Assembly (NCBI GenBank): GCA_036744375.1
Contig: DAINSU010000003.1
Coordinates: 7,154 to 71,153 of the forward strand
Length of the DNA: 64,000 nt
From: Anaerolineaceae bacterium
Lineage (GTDB): Bacteria; Chloroflexota; Anaerolineae; Anaerolineales; Anaerolineaceae
Direction: 5' to 3'
This document shows positions 24,994 through 35,878 of the stretch, piece after piece; the first letter of the stretch is position 1; every line of letters begins with the position of its first letter. The notes beneath the pieces are model-generated. The model worked only from the letters and a program-made list of their open reading frames with translations, was not told where the DNA came from and made no database searches. A program made the translations under genes and the position numbers.

Positions 24994-27321
24994 TTAAGGC
25001 AATGAGGCATAGTAAAGTTCGTTCCCAAAAGCTAAAAAGACTAAGCGGTTTGTGGAGACATTAAACGCTGTAACCACTTTTCTGGGCAGATTGCCACTTT
25101 CAACATCCGCGCGCAAAATGCGGTTGAGGTTAAGCCGAAGGCTAAATTGATACAGTTCAGCTTTGTCTGCTTCCAGATAGTAAAGCGAGGGGTCTGGCGG
25201 CGGTGAATAAGCCAGCTGGGAAAAGTGCAAGTTGCCAAAATTAAGCTGGGAAGCTGCACTTGTCCGCCCGTCAACATAAGGGTAGGGGTCGTCACAGTTC
25301 ACCAAGCCAGTAACATTAGAAGCTAAGCAGTGCATGGTGTGTCCATCCTCAAAAAGCAGAAACAGCTCGTCCCCGCTTCCTGCAGCCGCCACTGCGTTAG
25401 AAAGATCGACAGTCATATCCTCAAAGTAAGAATCTGGCGGTTCGGTGTAGTTCATGCTCATTCCACGGTAAATCCACAGCGCATTTTTAGCTGGGTCGAG
25501 CACAAACAGGCGACCAGAATCATAAAATGCACTTTGCAGCTTGCCCCAGCCAGAATCCGGCGGGAGCAGGCTGATAGCCACGGGGTCTTTCTTGGGCTGG
25601 CAAAACAAGCCGTTGCCTTCTGCATCCAGCCCAAATAAAGGTGCCTTAGCGGCATTATTGATTGGTACAGACATAACCTCCACCAGTTTGCCTACCTGAA
25701 TGCCGTCCACCATGCCGGGGGCACATTTAAAATCCAAGTCTAAGTTATAGATCGAGCCTGAAGGTGACATGTGCAGCACGGCGCCAGAAGCCTGATCGAG
25801 CAGGTATAGCTCGTTTCCAATGCTTACCAGGCGGCTGATTTGTAAACTGGGCAGCTGAGAAGCCGCATAAGCAGCTCTGTAATGCAAGCGCACAGCCCCA
25901 TCCAAGCGGTCCAGTGCGTTCTGTGCTTGCACGCGCAAGGCGCGCAGCTCATTGGTTTGGCGGTAATCCTCAGCTTGATCCAGCCAATTCATCACCTGGT
26001 TCCAACCTTCCCGCTGCTGGGTGCTGTCGCTCATCATGGCTGCGTTTTCCGCGGCAGCTTGGGCTTGCGCCATCAAGTATTGGTACTGATTCTCTTTCCC
26101 CTGGGTAACATAAATGATAGAGGCAATCGCGACTACCAGTAATGGTATGACAACTGCCAAAAGCAGCTTGGTGCCTGAAGAAAGGCTTTCAGGCTTCGGT
26201 TCAACACTTTCGGTTTGAGCCTTTTTCCCACTAAAAAGTTTATTCAAACCCTCGCCGGTTTGGTTCATTTTTGCAGCACCTTCGGCTAACTTGGTGTAAG
26301 CAGCTTGCTCGCGTGCTTTTCGTGCAGCTTTTGTTTCTTTGCGCTTACGCGGGGGGCTCTCTGGGATCTGCTCGCTATAAGTCAAGCCTTGCGGCATGGC
26401 TGGCTGCTCTTCTACCGATTGTTCCACTGGCACAGCCAGCGGATCCTTTGTTGTTGTTTCTGGCTCCTCCTCCGGTAGTATCGGTTCTTGAACTTCTGCA
26501 ACCTCCTCTGGCGGCTCGGATTCAGTCTCAGCTATATGCACTGTTAAGGGTTCTGGTTGGATCTCTTCTGGCTCACTTTCCATATATTCCGGAAGATCTT
26601 GAGGCGTTGCTTCTGCTGGTTGAGTCTCCACTTGGGTTTCGTCTAAATGGGAGGTCAATTCCAGCCGGCGCAGTACCCCCGCACCAGGCTTAGCTTCCAC
26701 CATGCCAAGCGGCGCTGGCAGATTTTCTTCAGCCAAAACGCGCTCCTGGATAGCCCTAACGTCCGTACTAAGACTAGCAAGTGCACCCTCCTGCCAAGCA
26801 GCGGGGAACTCCGCAGAAAAGAGGATTAATGCACGCTCTCCAAGAGATTCTTGAAAAAAACGCAGTTGTGGGATTTGCGTCAGCCCCATCCCGCGCGGGT
26901 CGAGATCTGGATCAAAACAAAGCCGCGAGCTGCCATCTTGCAGCAAAAGCACCTGGCTAAGCCCAGATTGAGCCACAAAAAGAGTATCGTGATGAATCAC
27001 TGCGAGCGATAGTACCGCGGAATAAGGCTCGGCTTCTTCGGGTAGGTTTAGATTGATTTCTACAAGATTGCTATTGAGCGCATTAACCACTGCGCGCATC
27101 GCTGCGGTAACCGAACCGGAAGTTTTATAAAAAATACTTGTGACCCGGCTGAACCAGGATTGAAGTGTTTCAGGGGTTATCGGTGTGCCGCTGGTCTGCG
27201 TGATAAGAAGCATCAGGCTATCATCTTCCCGCCCTCGGGCGCAGCGCTTTGCCGAGGCTGCCGCATAAAAGCCAGGGATGAGTTCTCCATGGAGAAAGTA
27301 AAGGTCTAAATCATGTTTCAT
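24994..27321 (-). CDS. hypothetical 775-aa single-pass membrane protein
   Basis: The cytoplasmic N-terminal domain has a degenerate PP2C-like pattern. It is followed by a Glu/Pro-rich linker (aa ~226-320), a basic patch, a TM segment (LLLAVVIPLLVVAIASIIYV) and a ~370-aa extracytoplasmic domain. Confidence 0.6.
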   Translation of the reverse strand: MKHDLDLYFLHGELIPGFYAAASAKRCARGREDDSLMLLITQTSGTPITPETLQSWFSRVTSIFYKTSGSVTAAMRAVVNALNSNLVEINLNLPEEAEPYSAVLSLAVIHHDTLFVAQSGLSQVLLLQDGSSRLCFDPDLDPRGMGLTQIPQLRFFQESLGERALILFSAEFPAAWQEGALASLSTDVRAIQERVLAEENLPAPLGMVEAKPGAGVLRRLELTSHLDETQVETQPAEATPQDLPEYMESEPEEIQPEPLTVHIAETESEPPEEVAEVQEPILPEEEPETTTKDPLAVPVEQSVEEQPAMPQGLTYSEQIPESPPRKRKETKAARKAREQAAYTKLAEGAAKMNQTGEGLNKLFSGKKAQTESVEPKPESLSSGTKLLLAVVIPLLVVAIASIIYVTQGKENQYQYLMAQAQAAAENAAMMSDSTQQREGWNQVMNWLDQAEDYRQTNELRALRVQAQNALDRLDGAVRLHYRAAYAASQLPSLQISRLVSIGNELYLLDQASGAVLHMSPSGSIYNLDLDFKCAPGMVDGIQVGKLVEVMSVPINNAAKAPLFGLDAEGNGLFCQPKKDPVAISLLPPDSGWGKLQSAFYDSGRLFVLDPAKNALWIYRGMSMNYTEPPDSYFEDMTVDLSNAVAAAGSGDELFLLFEDGHTMHCLASNVTGLVNCDDPYPYVDGRTSAASQLNFGNLHFSQLAYSPPPDPSLYYLEADKAELYQFSLRLNLNRILRADVESGNLPRKVVTAFNVSTNRLVFLAFGNELYYASLP

Positions 27322-27433
27322 AAATGCGCCTCGGGTAATAACAGCAGTGATCTTGCCGCAAATTTCTCATGGGATTTTTCCCTGTGGGTATTATACAATA
27401 CATAACGATACTAAAAAGGTATAATCTTGCCCG

Positions 27434-28462
27434 ATGGATTTTTCATTAATACAAGACACAACTGGCTGGGATGCCATTGCCTCGGAATGGAACCAACTCT
27501 ACGACAACAGCTACGCGCAGGTTCCCTTTCTGCGCTGGAATTATCTGCGCAGCTGGTGGCAGACGCTCGGCGGCGGCGAGTGGGAGCCTGACCAAACCCA
27601 GTTAGCCATTATCACGGCTCGCGAAGCGGATCAGTTAATTGGGATTGCTCCACTTTTCATTTCTGCCAAAGAGAAATTCGAGCCGGCGCTGCGCTTCTTG
27701 GGCTCAGTGGAGGTCTCCGATTACTTGGATTTCATTACCTTGCCCGACCGTCTAGAAGAATTTCTTGTGGGGCTGCTCACTTTCATCTCTACTTGCCAAG
27801 CCCTGCCAGCAAAAGCTCTGGACCTTTATAACCTAATGGAAAGCTCACCTACGCAAAGCGCACTTCAGAATGCGTGCACCAAAACTGGCTGGTCTTTTAG
27901 CACAGCGCGCCTGATGCCTGCCCCTTATATTCCCCTGGCAGAGAGCTTCGAAGCGTATTTAGCCACATTAGATAAAAAACAACGCCACGAAATCCGCCGC
28001 AAGCTGCGCAATGCCGAAACCCGCCATCAGACCGCATGGTACACTGTGAAAGAAAAAGACGCCTTAAAAGCAGAAATGGACGCTTTCATCGCTATGATGC
28101 ACAATGACCACCGAAAAGTGGAATTTCTGCAGAACCCCGCTATGCTGCAATACCTGCACGATTTCGCCAGGGCTGCCTTCGAAGACGAGTTACTCCGTCT
28201 CTCCTTTTTAACCATCGATGACCATAAGGCAGCCGCTTTCCTCAGCCTTGTGACGCCACAAAAATTGTGGGTCTACAACTCCGCTTGGGAGCCAGCTTTT
28301 GCTTCTTCCTCTCCTGGATGGGTGCTTTTAGCCAAGGAAATCGAATGGGCAATTGCTCAAGGTATCCGCGAAGTGGACATGATGCGTGGGGATGAGGATT
28401 ACAAATACAAGTTTGGCGCCATTGACCGCTATATCATGCACACACACTGTATTCCTCGGTGA
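27434..28462 (+). CDS. GNAT-fold acetyltransferase (CelD/BioF2-like, Acetyltransf_6-type)
   Basis: The ~340-aa length and the C-terminal segment WVYNSAWEP...SPGWVLLAKEIEWAIAQGIREVDMMRGDEDYKYKFGA are typical of this family. Confidence 0.7.
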   Translation: MDFSLIQDTTGWDAIASEWNQLYDNSYAQVPFLRWNYLRSWWQTLGGGEWEPDQTQLAIITAREADQLIGIAPLFISAKEKFEPALRFLGSVEVSDYLDFITLPDRLEEFLVGLLTFISTCQALPAKALDLYNLMESSPTQSALQNACTKTGWSFSTARLMPAPYIPLAESFEAYLATLDKKQRHEIRRKLRNAETRHQTAWYTVKEKDALKAEMDAFIAMMHNDHRKVEFLQNPAMLQYLHDFARAAFEDELLRLSFLTIDDHKAAAFLSLVTPQKLWVYNSAWEPAFASSSPGWVLLAKEIEWAIAQGIREVDMMRGDEDYKYKFGAIDRYIMHTHCIPR

Positions 28463-28549
28463 GACGGCTCTTCACCAAAAAGTTAATACTCTTCCTACAA
28501 TTTCTAATTGAATTTTAACCATTCGCATGGTATTATTATTTTGCACAAA

Positions 28550-28576
28550 TTAGCACTCTCAGACCGAGAGTGCTAA
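28550..28576 (+). promoter_or_regulatory. CIRCE operator (HrcA binding site)
   Basis: ttagcactc-tcagaccga-gagtgctaa is a perfect match to TTAGCACTC-N9-GAGTGCTAA. It lies immediately upstream of hrcA. Confidence 0.93.
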
Positions 28577-28590
28577 TTACAAACAGAACT

Positions 28591-29625
28591 ATGGAAGAAT
28601 TAACTGAACGCCAAAAAATATTACTTTCGTTGATCGTGCATGAGCACACGCTGACAGCCAGACCAGTTGGCTCAGCCACGCTGGTTAAACAGTACAGCTT
28701 GCCGATCAGCTCTGCCACGATTCGCAACGAGATGACCGCGATGGAAGAGATGGGATACATACGCCAGCCGCATACCTCCGCTGGACGTGTTCCAACGGAA
28801 AAAGGCTACCGCTTTTTTGTGAGTAACCTTTTGCAGCAGCCCACGCTACCAGCTGCCACGCGCAATACCATCACGCATCAGTTTTACCAGGCTCGGCAAC
28901 AATTAGATGAGTGGCTGCGTTTAGCTGCTTCGGTGCTGGCTAGCCAAGCCCAAGCCGCCTCGATTGTTACCGCTCCGCATAGCAAGAAGGTGGCTTTCAA
29001 ACACTTGGAACTCATCTCCACACGCGCCTCGCAGGTGCTGATGGTGTTGGTTTTAGTGGGTGGAGAAATTCGTCAGCAGATTTTCTCATTAGATGAGATC
29101 GTCTCTCAGCAAAAGCTTTCCAGCTTAGCCGCTGAGCTGAACGCCCATTGCCAAAATTGCACCCTGGTGCAGCTCGAAAAGCTGGATTTGGACTTGGATG
29201 ACATAGGGAACACTGTGCTTGGGGTGATTAAAGACCAGATGCGGCTTTCTGAACGCCTCGTTATCGGTGAAATTTATATGGACGGCTTGACCAACGTTTT
29301 AGCTGAGCCTGAATTTGCCGATACCGAGCAGGCACGCTCTGCGCTCTCGATATTTGAGGAGCGCAACAAACTCGATGATTTGCTTTCGCGCAGCTTCCTT
29401 GGCGATGAAATTGGCGGTGTGCAAGTGCTGATTGGCGGTGAGGGCACTTGGGAGGAATTACGCCAATGCTCACTCATCCTTAGTCACTATGGCATTCAAG
29501 ACCAGCTGACCGGTACGCTTGGCATCCTTGGACCAATGCGTATGCCCTATGGGCAGATAATCTCCACCGTGCGTTTTATGGCGAATTTGCTTTCAGAGTT
29601 GGTCGCAGAAAACTGGATTGAATAA
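28591..29625 (+). CDS. hrcA: heat-inducible transcription repressor HrcA
   Basis: Contains LTERQKILLSLIVHEH....RPVGS and the wHTH SSATIRNEMTAMEEMGYIRQPHTSAGRVPT. I prefer ATG 28591 because the listed GTG 28570 lies inside CIRCE. Confidence 0.93.
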   Translation: MEELTERQKILLSLIVHEHTLTARPVGSATLVKQYSLPISSATIRNEMTAMEEMGYIRQPHTSAGRVPTEKGYRFFVSNLLQQPTLPAATRNTITHQFYQARQQLDEWLRLAASVLASQAQAASIVTAPHSKKVAFKHLELISTRASQVLMVLVLVGGEIRQQIFSLDEIVSQQKLSSLAAELNAHCQNCTLVQLEKLDLDLDDIGNTVLGVIKDQMRLSERLVIGEIYMDGLTNVLAEPEFADTEQARSALSIFEERNKLDDLLSRSFLGDEIGGVQVLIGGEGTWEELRQCSLILSHYGIQDQLTGTLGILGPMRMPYGQIISTVRFMANLLSELVAENWIE

Positions 29626-29661
29626 GAATAATTCTGTAATCATGAGAAAGGTAATAGATAT

Positions 29662-30216
29662 ATGGAAGAACCAAAAAAACACGAAGAAGAAAAAATGACC
29701 CAATCTGATAATGCCTCTGAAGATGAAAACATGAGCAGCTCAGAGACCGAATTAGAAATGCTAAGGACTGAAAATGAGCAGCTCAGAGTGCAGTCAGCAG
29801 AATACTTAGACAGCTTACAACGCGAACGCGCCAGCTTTGCCAATTATCGGCGCCGGGTGGATCAGGAAAACCTGCAGGTCTACGACATTGCCTTGGGTGA
29901 TGTAGTCAAAATTTTCCTGCCGGTGGTCGATGACTTAGAGCGCGCCATCAAACAAAAACCAGAAGTACCCGAGGTTGACCCATGGTATCAAGGTATTGAG
30001 CTGACCTTACAGAAATTGCACAAAACGCTGGAAAGCAAAGGCGTGCAGAAGTTAGAGGTTAACCCGGGGGATCAGTTTGACCCATCCATTCACGAAGCCG
30101 TCTCCCACGAAGATCATCCAGACTTTAGCGATGGACAAGTCGTGGAAGTGCTGCAAAATGGTTATAAACTTAAAGATCGCATTATTCGGCCGGCTCTTGT
30201 CCGCGTCGCAAAATAG
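29662..30216 (+). CDS. grpE: nucleotide exchange factor GrpE
   Basis: It has an acidic N-terminus, the coiled-coil segment YLDSLQRERASFANYRRR and a C-terminal beta domain ending IRPALVRVAK. Confidence 0.93.
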   Translation: MEEPKKHEEEKMTQSDNASEDENMSSSETELEMLRTENEQLRVQSAEYLDSLQRERASFANYRRRVDQENLQVYDIALGDVVKIFLPVVDDLERAIKQKPEVPEVDPWYQGIELTLQKLHKTLESKGVQKLEVNPGDQFDPSIHEAVSHEDHPDFSDGQVVEVLQNGYKLKDRIIRPALVRVAK

Positions 30217-30225
30217 GAGCAATAC

Positions 30226-32115
30226 ATGTCTAAGATTATTGGGATCGATTTAGGAACGACCAACTCCGTTGCTGCTGTCATGATCGGCGGCGAACCTGTT
30301 GTTATCCCCTCAGCGGAGGGTGAACGCCTGGTGCCTTCGGTGGTCGCGGTCAATAAAAACGGGGAGCGCTTAGTTGGGCGCGTGGCACGCAACCAAGCCA
30401 TTGTGAACCCGGAAAATACCATATTTTCCATCAAGCGCTTTATGGGCCGCAAATATGATGACCCTGAAGTACAGCGTGCACGCTCAAAGGTTCCCTACCG
30501 TATTACCAAAGCCCCCAATGGGGACGTGCGTGTGGTCATGGGTGAGCAGGAATACACCCCGCCAGAAATTTCCGCTATGATCTTAGCCAAGATCAAGCGG
30601 GACGCTGAAGCTTACTTAGGCGAACCAGTGACCCAAGCCGTGATTACGGTGCCGGCTTATTTCAATGACGCTCAACGTAACGCCACAAAAGACGCTGGCA
30701 AGATTGCCGGCTTGGAAGTGCTGCGCATCATCAACGAACCTACGGCATCTTCCTTAGCCTATGGCTTAGATAAACGTAAAAATGAAATCATTGCCGTGTA
30801 TGACTTAGGCGGTGGTACTTTCGATATTTCCATCCTGGAAGTGGGCGACGGTCTTTTCCAAGTTAAATCCACGAGTGGCGATACTTTCTTGGGCGGTGAT
30901 GACTTCGATCAACGCATCATTGATTACTTAGCTGATGAATTCAAACGCGAGAATGGTATTGACTTGCGCCAAGACCGCCAAGCTTTGCAGCGCCTCAAGG
31001 AGGCTGCTGAGCGTGCCAAGATCGAGCTTTCTTCTACCATGCAAGCTGAGATCAATTTACCCTATATTACTGCAGACGCCTCTGGACCGAAGCACTTAGT
31101 GACCACGCTGACACGGGCTAAAGTCGAACAACTGACGGAAGACTTGGTGGAGAGAACCATGAAGCCTGTTGCCCAAGCTTTGGCTGATGCCAACCTAAAA
31201 AGCAGCGAAATTAACGAAGTGGTGATGGTTGGCGGGATGACCCGTATGCCCTTGGTTCAGGAAGTGGTGCGTAAACAATTTGGCAAAGAGCCGCATAAGG
31301 GCGTTAACCCTGATGAGGTCGTGGCAGTGGGGGCTGCTATCCAAGCGGGGGTGCTCGGTGGTGAGGTGAAGGACATCTTATTGCTGGATGTGACTCCGCT
31401 GACGCTCTCCATAGAGACTTTAGGCGGCATTGCCACCCCGTTGATTAAGCGCAATACGACTATCCCAACCCGAGAAAGCCAGGTGTTTTCGACCGCATCG
31501 GATAACCAAACCCAAGTGGAAATCCACGTGCTGCAGGGCGAGCGCCCAATGGCAGCTGATAACAAATCTCTGGGTAAGTTTACCTTGGACGGTATTCCAC
31601 CCGCTCCGCGCGGCATGCCCCAAATTGAAGTCACCTTTGATATTAATGCCAATGGCATCCTGGAAGTTACCGCTAAGGATAAAGCTACTGGTCGCTCCCA
31701 AAACATTACCATCACTGCCTCCTCTGGCCTTAGCGAGGAAGAGGTAGAGGAAATGCGGCGTCAAGCCGAAGCCCATGCAGAGGAAGATCAACGCCGACGT
31801 GACCTCATCGAAGCGCGCAACACCGCAGATAATGCCGTTTACACTGCTGAGAAAACCCTGCGAGATCTGGGTGATAAGGTGCCAGAGGATGTGAAAGCAA
31901 ACGTTGAAGCAGCCATCGAGCGGGTACAATCCGTGCACGATCATGAAGATCCAGCTGAGATCAACCGCGAAGTTGAAGCGCTCATGCAAGCACTTCAAAC
32001 CGTTGGTCAGGCAGCCTATTCACAGCCACAGGACCAGCAGCCTGAACAAAACCCCAGCGTTGATCAGACCCCACCCGATGGTGACGTTGTGGACGGCGAC
32101 TTTCAGCAGGATTAA
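30226..32115 (+). CDS. dnaK: molecular chaperone DnaK (Hsp70)
   Basis: Hsp70 signatures are present: [22 protein letters not shown] and [11 protein letters not shown]. Confidence 0.98.
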   Translation: MSKIIGIDLGTTNSVAAVMIGGEPVVIPSAEGERLVPSVVAVNKNGERLVGRVARNQAIVNPENTIFSIKRFMGRKYDDPEVQRARSKVPYRITKAPNGDVRVVMGEQEYTPPEISAMILAKIKRDAEAYLGEPVTQAVITVPAYFNDAQRNATKDAGKIAGLEVLRIINEPTASSLAYGLDKRKNEIIAVYDLGGGTFDISILEVGDGLFQVKSTSGDTFLGGDDFDQRIIDYLADEFKRENGIDLRQDRQALQRLKEAAERAKIELSSTMQAEINLPYITADASGPKHLVTTLTRAKVEQLTEDLVERTMKPVAQALADANLKSSEINEVVMVGGMTRMPLVQEVVRKQFGKEPHKGVNPDEVVAVGAAIQAGVLGGEVKDILLLDVTPLTLSIETLGGIATPLIKRNTTIPTRESQVFSTASDNQTQVEIHVLQGERPMAADNKSLGKFTLDGIPPAPRGMPQIEVTFDINANGILEVTAKDKATGRSQNITITASSGLSEEEVEEMRRQAEAHAEEDQRRRDLIEARNTADNAVYTAEKTLRDLGDKVPEDVKANVEAAIERVQSVHDHEDPAEINREVEALMQALQTVGQAAYSQPQDQQPEQNPSVDQTPPDGDVVDGDFQQD

Positions 32116-32186
32116 TCTCATGAGAAAGGTTCAATGCTGATGCTAAGCCAGACAGCATATATGAATCCGTTACTCGGTTAGGAACT

Positions 32187-33317
32187 ATGGCAACAAAACG
32201 AGATTATTATGAAGTCCTGGGGATCCCAAAATCGGCTAACCAGGATGAAATTAAAAATGCCTTCCGCACCCTAGCACGGAAATACCATCCGGACGTCAAT
32301 AAAGAACCGGATGCCGAAGAGAGGTTCAAGGAAATCAACGAAGCGTATGGCGTGCTCAGTGACCCCGAAAAACGGGCTGCTTACGACCGCTACGGTCCGG
32401 AGGGCGTCAACTTTCAGGGTATGCCAGACTTTACCAGTATGGACCTCTCCGATATTCTCGAGGGTTTATTTGGTTTTGGCGGCTTTGGAGGTATGGGCGG
32501 CTACAGCCGGCGGACGCGGAATGCGCCCCGACGCGGAGCTGATCTAAGCTCAAAAATTCGTATCAGCTTTGAAGAAGCCGCCTTTGGCACTGAAAAAGAA
32601 ATTGATATAACCCGGGATGAAAAATGCGACACCTGCGGCGGCAGTGGCGCTGAGCCTGGCACACGCCCGGTCACTTGTTCCACCTGCCGAGGAAGCGGCG
32701 AGGTGCGCCGCGTACAACAAACCTTTTTAGGTTCAATGGTGCAGGTTCAAACCTGCCCCACTTGCAACGGTCGCGGAGAAGTAATCGAGCACCCTTGCCA
32801 TACCTGCCGCGGAAGCGGGTTGGTTCGCCGCACAACCAAGCGTAAAGTCAGCATCCCAGCCGGCGTGGATAACGGTAACCAGATCCGCATTATGGGCGAA
32901 GGACAACCTGGCGTAAATGGCGGACCGAGTGGAAATTTTTACCTTGAGCTGGAAGTAGAACCACACCCCTACTTTCGGCGCAGCGGCAATGACATCTTAT
33001 TAGACGTCGATATCAACATTGCTCAGGCAGCCCTCGGTGACGAGATCACCATTCCAACTTTAGATGGCGAGGAAAAACTACGCATTCCCCCGGGCACTCA
33101 ACCCGGGAAAGTGTTCAAACTGCGCAACAAAGGTATCCCTGTGTTGAATCGTAACAGCCGCGGTGACCAACTCGTCACCGTTAATGTGCAAATCCCAACC
33201 CAGCTAACCGAAGAGCAAAAAACGTTGATGGAATCCTTAGGAAAGACCATGGGAACCGAAATTAAGATTCAAGAACGCAGCTTCTTGGATAAACTCAAGG
33301 ACATGCTCGGTGGTTAA
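32187..33317 (+). CDS. dnaJ: molecular chaperone DnaJ
   Basis: It has a J domain with HPD (KYHPDVN), a G/F region, four CxxCxGxG zinc motifs and the C-terminal domains. Confidence 0.97.
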   Translation: MATKRDYYEVLGIPKSANQDEIKNAFRTLARKYHPDVNKEPDAEERFKEINEAYGVLSDPEKRAAYDRYGPEGVNFQGMPDFTSMDLSDILEGLFGFGGFGGMGGYSRRTRNAPRRGADLSSKIRISFEEAAFGTEKEIDITRDEKCDTCGGSGAEPGTRPVTCSTCRGSGEVRRVQQTFLGSMVQVQTCPTCNGRGEVIEHPCHTCRGSGLVRRTTKRKVSIPAGVDNGNQIRIMGEGQPGVNGGPSGNFYLELEVEPHPYFRRSGNDILLDVDINIAQAALGDEITIPTLDGEEKLRIPPGTQPGKVFKLRNKGIPVLNRNSRGDQLVTVNVQIPTQLTEEQKTLMESLGKTMGTEIKIQERSFLDKLKDMLGG

Positions 33318-34230
33318 GGCAATCCCAGCATGGCTCGAGGTCTCGCTCACCTGTAATGGTGAATTAGCCGAAGCAGCTGCGGAAGTTTTCTCCCGCTTTG
33401 CGCCTGATGGCGTAGTGATTGAGGCTGTTACCCGATATAACCCAGAGCAGCACGAGCAGGTGCCAACGGACGATGTACGCGTTGCAGCCTATCTGCCCCA
33501 AGATGAAGCTATAGAGCGCACGCGCTTGCAGCTGGAAGAGGCGTTTTGGCACCTACGGCAAATTGAGAGTTTTCCAGAACTTCAATTCAAGTCTGTTGAA
33601 GATCAGGATTGGATGGCGGCGTGGAAACAGCACTACCAGCCGCTCAAAATTGGCAATAAATGGCTGGTGTTACCCGCCTGGATACCTTCTGATCCAACCG
33701 AAACCCGTACTATTGTGCGCATTGATCCTGCTATGGCTTTCGGGACAGGCACACACCCAACCACCCAACTCTGTTTGCTAGCCATCGAGGATTATCTTGT
33801 GCCTAACCAAACTGTCATCGACCTGGGGTGTGGATCGGGTATTTTAGCCATTGCAGCACTCAAAGCTGGCGCTTCGTTCGCTTTAGCGCTGGACACAGAC
33901 CCCCTCGCGGCGCAAGCTACACAGCGGAATGCCCAGTTGAATGAAGTCCAAGCAAATCTCCATGTTGCCCAAGGCTCACTGGTTGATATCCTCGCTGGAC
34001 GCTTTAACCTAAAACAGGCGCCGCTTGTCTTAGCGAACATCTTAGCGCCTGTACTTGTCAGCCTTTTCCAGCAGGGATTAGCCCAGCTGCTTCAGCCAGG
34101 CGGTAGGATAATCCTCTCTGGGATCTTGAAAAATCAGGCAGACGACGTAATATCTGCAGGGCGAGTAGCTGGATTGGAACTCATTCAGCAATACCAAGCT
34201 GAAGACTGGCTCGCCCTCGTTATGGGATAA
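33310..34230 (+). CDS. prmA: ribosomal protein L11 methyltransferase
   Basis: Contains [13 protein letters not shown] and the SAM motif [11 protein letters not shown]. Its position after dnaJ matches the Bacillus-type operon. Confidence 0.9.
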   Translation: MVKAIPAWLEVSLTCNGELAEAAAEVFSRFAPDGVVIEAVTRYNPEQHEQVPTDDVRVAAYLPQDEAIERTRLQLEEAFWHLRQIESFPELQFKSVEDQDWMAAWKQHYQPLKIGNKWLVLPAWIPSDPTETRTIVRIDPAMAFGTGTHPTTQLCLLAIEDYLVPNQTVIDLGCGSGILAIAALKAGASFALALDTDPLAAQATQRNAQLNEVQANLHVAQGSLVDILAGRFNLKQAPLVLANILAPVLVSLFQQGLAQLLQPGGRIILSGILKNQADDVISAGRVAGLELIQQYQAEDWLALVMG

Positions 34231-34257
34231 GCTCAACAACATAACATAAGATATCTC

Positions 34258-34300
34258 AAGCCTATCAATCTACGGATGATCAGGCTTTTTATTTCGTTTT
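34258..34300 (+). terminator. probable rho-independent terminator of the chaperone operon
   Basis: An imperfect hairpin aagcctatca...tgatcaggctt is followed by tttttatttcgtttt. Confidence 0.55.
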
Positions 34301-34368
34301 GGAAGCAAATCGAGCCTCAATTTTACCATTCAGGTATAATAACAATATAGGATAGAAAGGAGGCAGAA

Positions 34369-35019
34369 ATGGCTATTATCACCATTTCTCGCGAGCTAGG
34401 CAGCGGCGGGGGCTTGATTACGCAAATGATTGTCAACACACTCAACTACCGCCAGGCAGATAAAGAGCTCATCGGAAAAATCATGCTCAAATATGGGGTG
34501 CTCACCTTCCACGAAGTTTATGACTCGGTGCATACACTTTGGTCGCGCTTAGATAGCCGTGACAAACTAGTCGTCAACTTACTCAACGAAACCATCAAAG
34601 CGTTTGCCAAACGGGATAACACGCTAATCATCGGTCGCGGTGGCTTTGTGGTACTCAAGGACTATCAAAATGTGCTCAATGTATTACTGCGCGCACCTTT
34701 CGAATATCGCGTGCGCAATGCCATGCAAACTGAGCAGATCAATGACATCCTTGAAGCCGAAAATGCTGTGCAGCAAAGCGATGAAGTGCGCCAGAGCTTT
34801 TTGCAAACTTTTTATAATGTTGATCCCAATGATGCACGAGGTTTCAACTTGGTGATCGATACCAGCCGTGTTCCGCTCAACCTTGCGGGTCGCTGGATCA
34901 TGGAAGGAGCTAAGGCGATCGATGCCCGCAGCATTAAACCGGAATTCAGCTCACTTCAAGCTGAGGTCGACCCCGTCTTGCTCAAGACGATTGAAGAAGT
35001 GCTGGCGGAACCTCAGTAA
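34369..35019 (+). CDS. cytidylate kinase-like family protein (P-loop)
   Basis: The N-terminus is ITISRELGSGGGLI, as in the Cytidylate_kin2-type family. The RBS is aaaggagg. Confidence 0.7.
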   Translation: MAIITISRELGSGGGLITQMIVNTLNYRQADKELIGKIMLKYGVLTFHEVYDSVHTLWSRLDSRDKLVVNLLNETIKAFAKRDNTLIIGRGGFVVLKDYQNVLNVLLRAPFEYRVRNAMQTEQINDILEAENAVQQSDEVRQSFLQTFYNVDPNDARGFNLVIDTSRVPLNLAGRWIMEGAKAIDARSIKPEFSSLQAEVDPVLLKTIEEVLAEPQ

Positions 35020-35053
35020 AAAAACCAATGCTGCTGGATAAGATTAGGGTTGT

Positions 35054-35878
35054 TTAGTAGTGGATGATCCAACGCATCAGAGCTCCAAAAGAAACCCCTA
35101 GAAGGATGCTGAGAAGCGTCCCCAAGATGAAGTATTCTGCGTTGGCGCGTTTTTCAAGCTGTTTGAAGCGCGCCAACGTTTTTAATGTTGCTAATAAAGC
35201 TAGCCCAGTATATATTCCCATTACCATTAATATTCCTATCAAAGCTCGCTCAACCCAGCCAATATAGAGACCAGTTTGTGGTTCTTTCTTTACCGGTGAT
35301 AGCGTTGTGGTATTTTCCGCAAGCGGTGATGCTTCCTTGGAAAGGTCGGCAATGTTTTCTTCAAAAGAACGCAATTGCAGCGTATTCATTATTACTTTAA
35401 TTAATTGCCCGCTGACCCAAATTAAATGCATCAAAACAATCCCTACCAGTATAATTTTGCTGCTCAGGCTGAGAGGTAGAGCTTTTTGACCAAATGCTAC
35501 TATATATGCTGGCAACGATTGGGCAGGCACAGCCAGCTGGAAAGCCCATAAGAAGACGTAGATAATTACAAAATGCAGCAGCTGATCCAGGATAAATTTT
35601 CCAATTTCATTCATCTTCCATAAGAACTTGAAACGGTCTATCAAGTAGTGGCAAACAAAAATACAGAGGGCAGCCAGCATTGTTTCAACTCGCAACTCGC
35701 CAAAAACAAGTAGTAGAAGGAATGTCGTGCCTAAATGAATCAAGCTGTGCCAAAAAATGCCTTTATTCCAGAAACGGCTCTTTTCGTGATTGATTTGCTT
35801 GAGTCTTATGAGATTATCCGGCTGGAAAAGAAAGTCCGCCAGGAGATGCGCCAAGACGAAAATCGCATAAATTCTCAT
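35054..35878 (-). CDS. DUF3307-like polytopic membrane protein
   Basis: The N-terminus contains HLLADFLFQ and a later HSLIHL..., the His-containing TM pattern typical of DUF3307. Its start overlaps the stop of the SatD-like gene by 4 nt. Confidence 0.6.
   Translation of the reverse strand: MRIYAIFVLAHLLADFLFQPDNLIRLKQINHEKSRFWNKGIFWHSLIHLGTTFLLLLVFGELRVETMLAALCIFVCHYLIDRFKFLWKMNEIGKFILDQLLHFVIIYVFLWAFQLAVPAQSLPAYIVAFGQKALPLSLSSKIILVGIVLMHLIWVSGQLIKVIMNTLQLRSFEENIADLSKEASPLAENTTTLSPVKKEPQTGLYIGWVERALIGILMVMGIYTGLALLATLKTLARFKQLEKRANAEYFILGTLLSILLGVSFGALMRWIIHY

Noticed and set aside
28570-28590. hrcA start at GTG 28570, as listed in the ORF track.
   Set aside because: That codon lies within the right arm of CIRCE. 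The downstream ATG 28591 gives the conserved HrcA N-terminus.
32740-32760. ggttcaaacctgcccc, a tRNA T-arm-like string.
   Set aside because: It lies inside the dnaJ zinc-finger coding region ([10 protein letters not shown]), and no acceptor or anticodon stems flank it.
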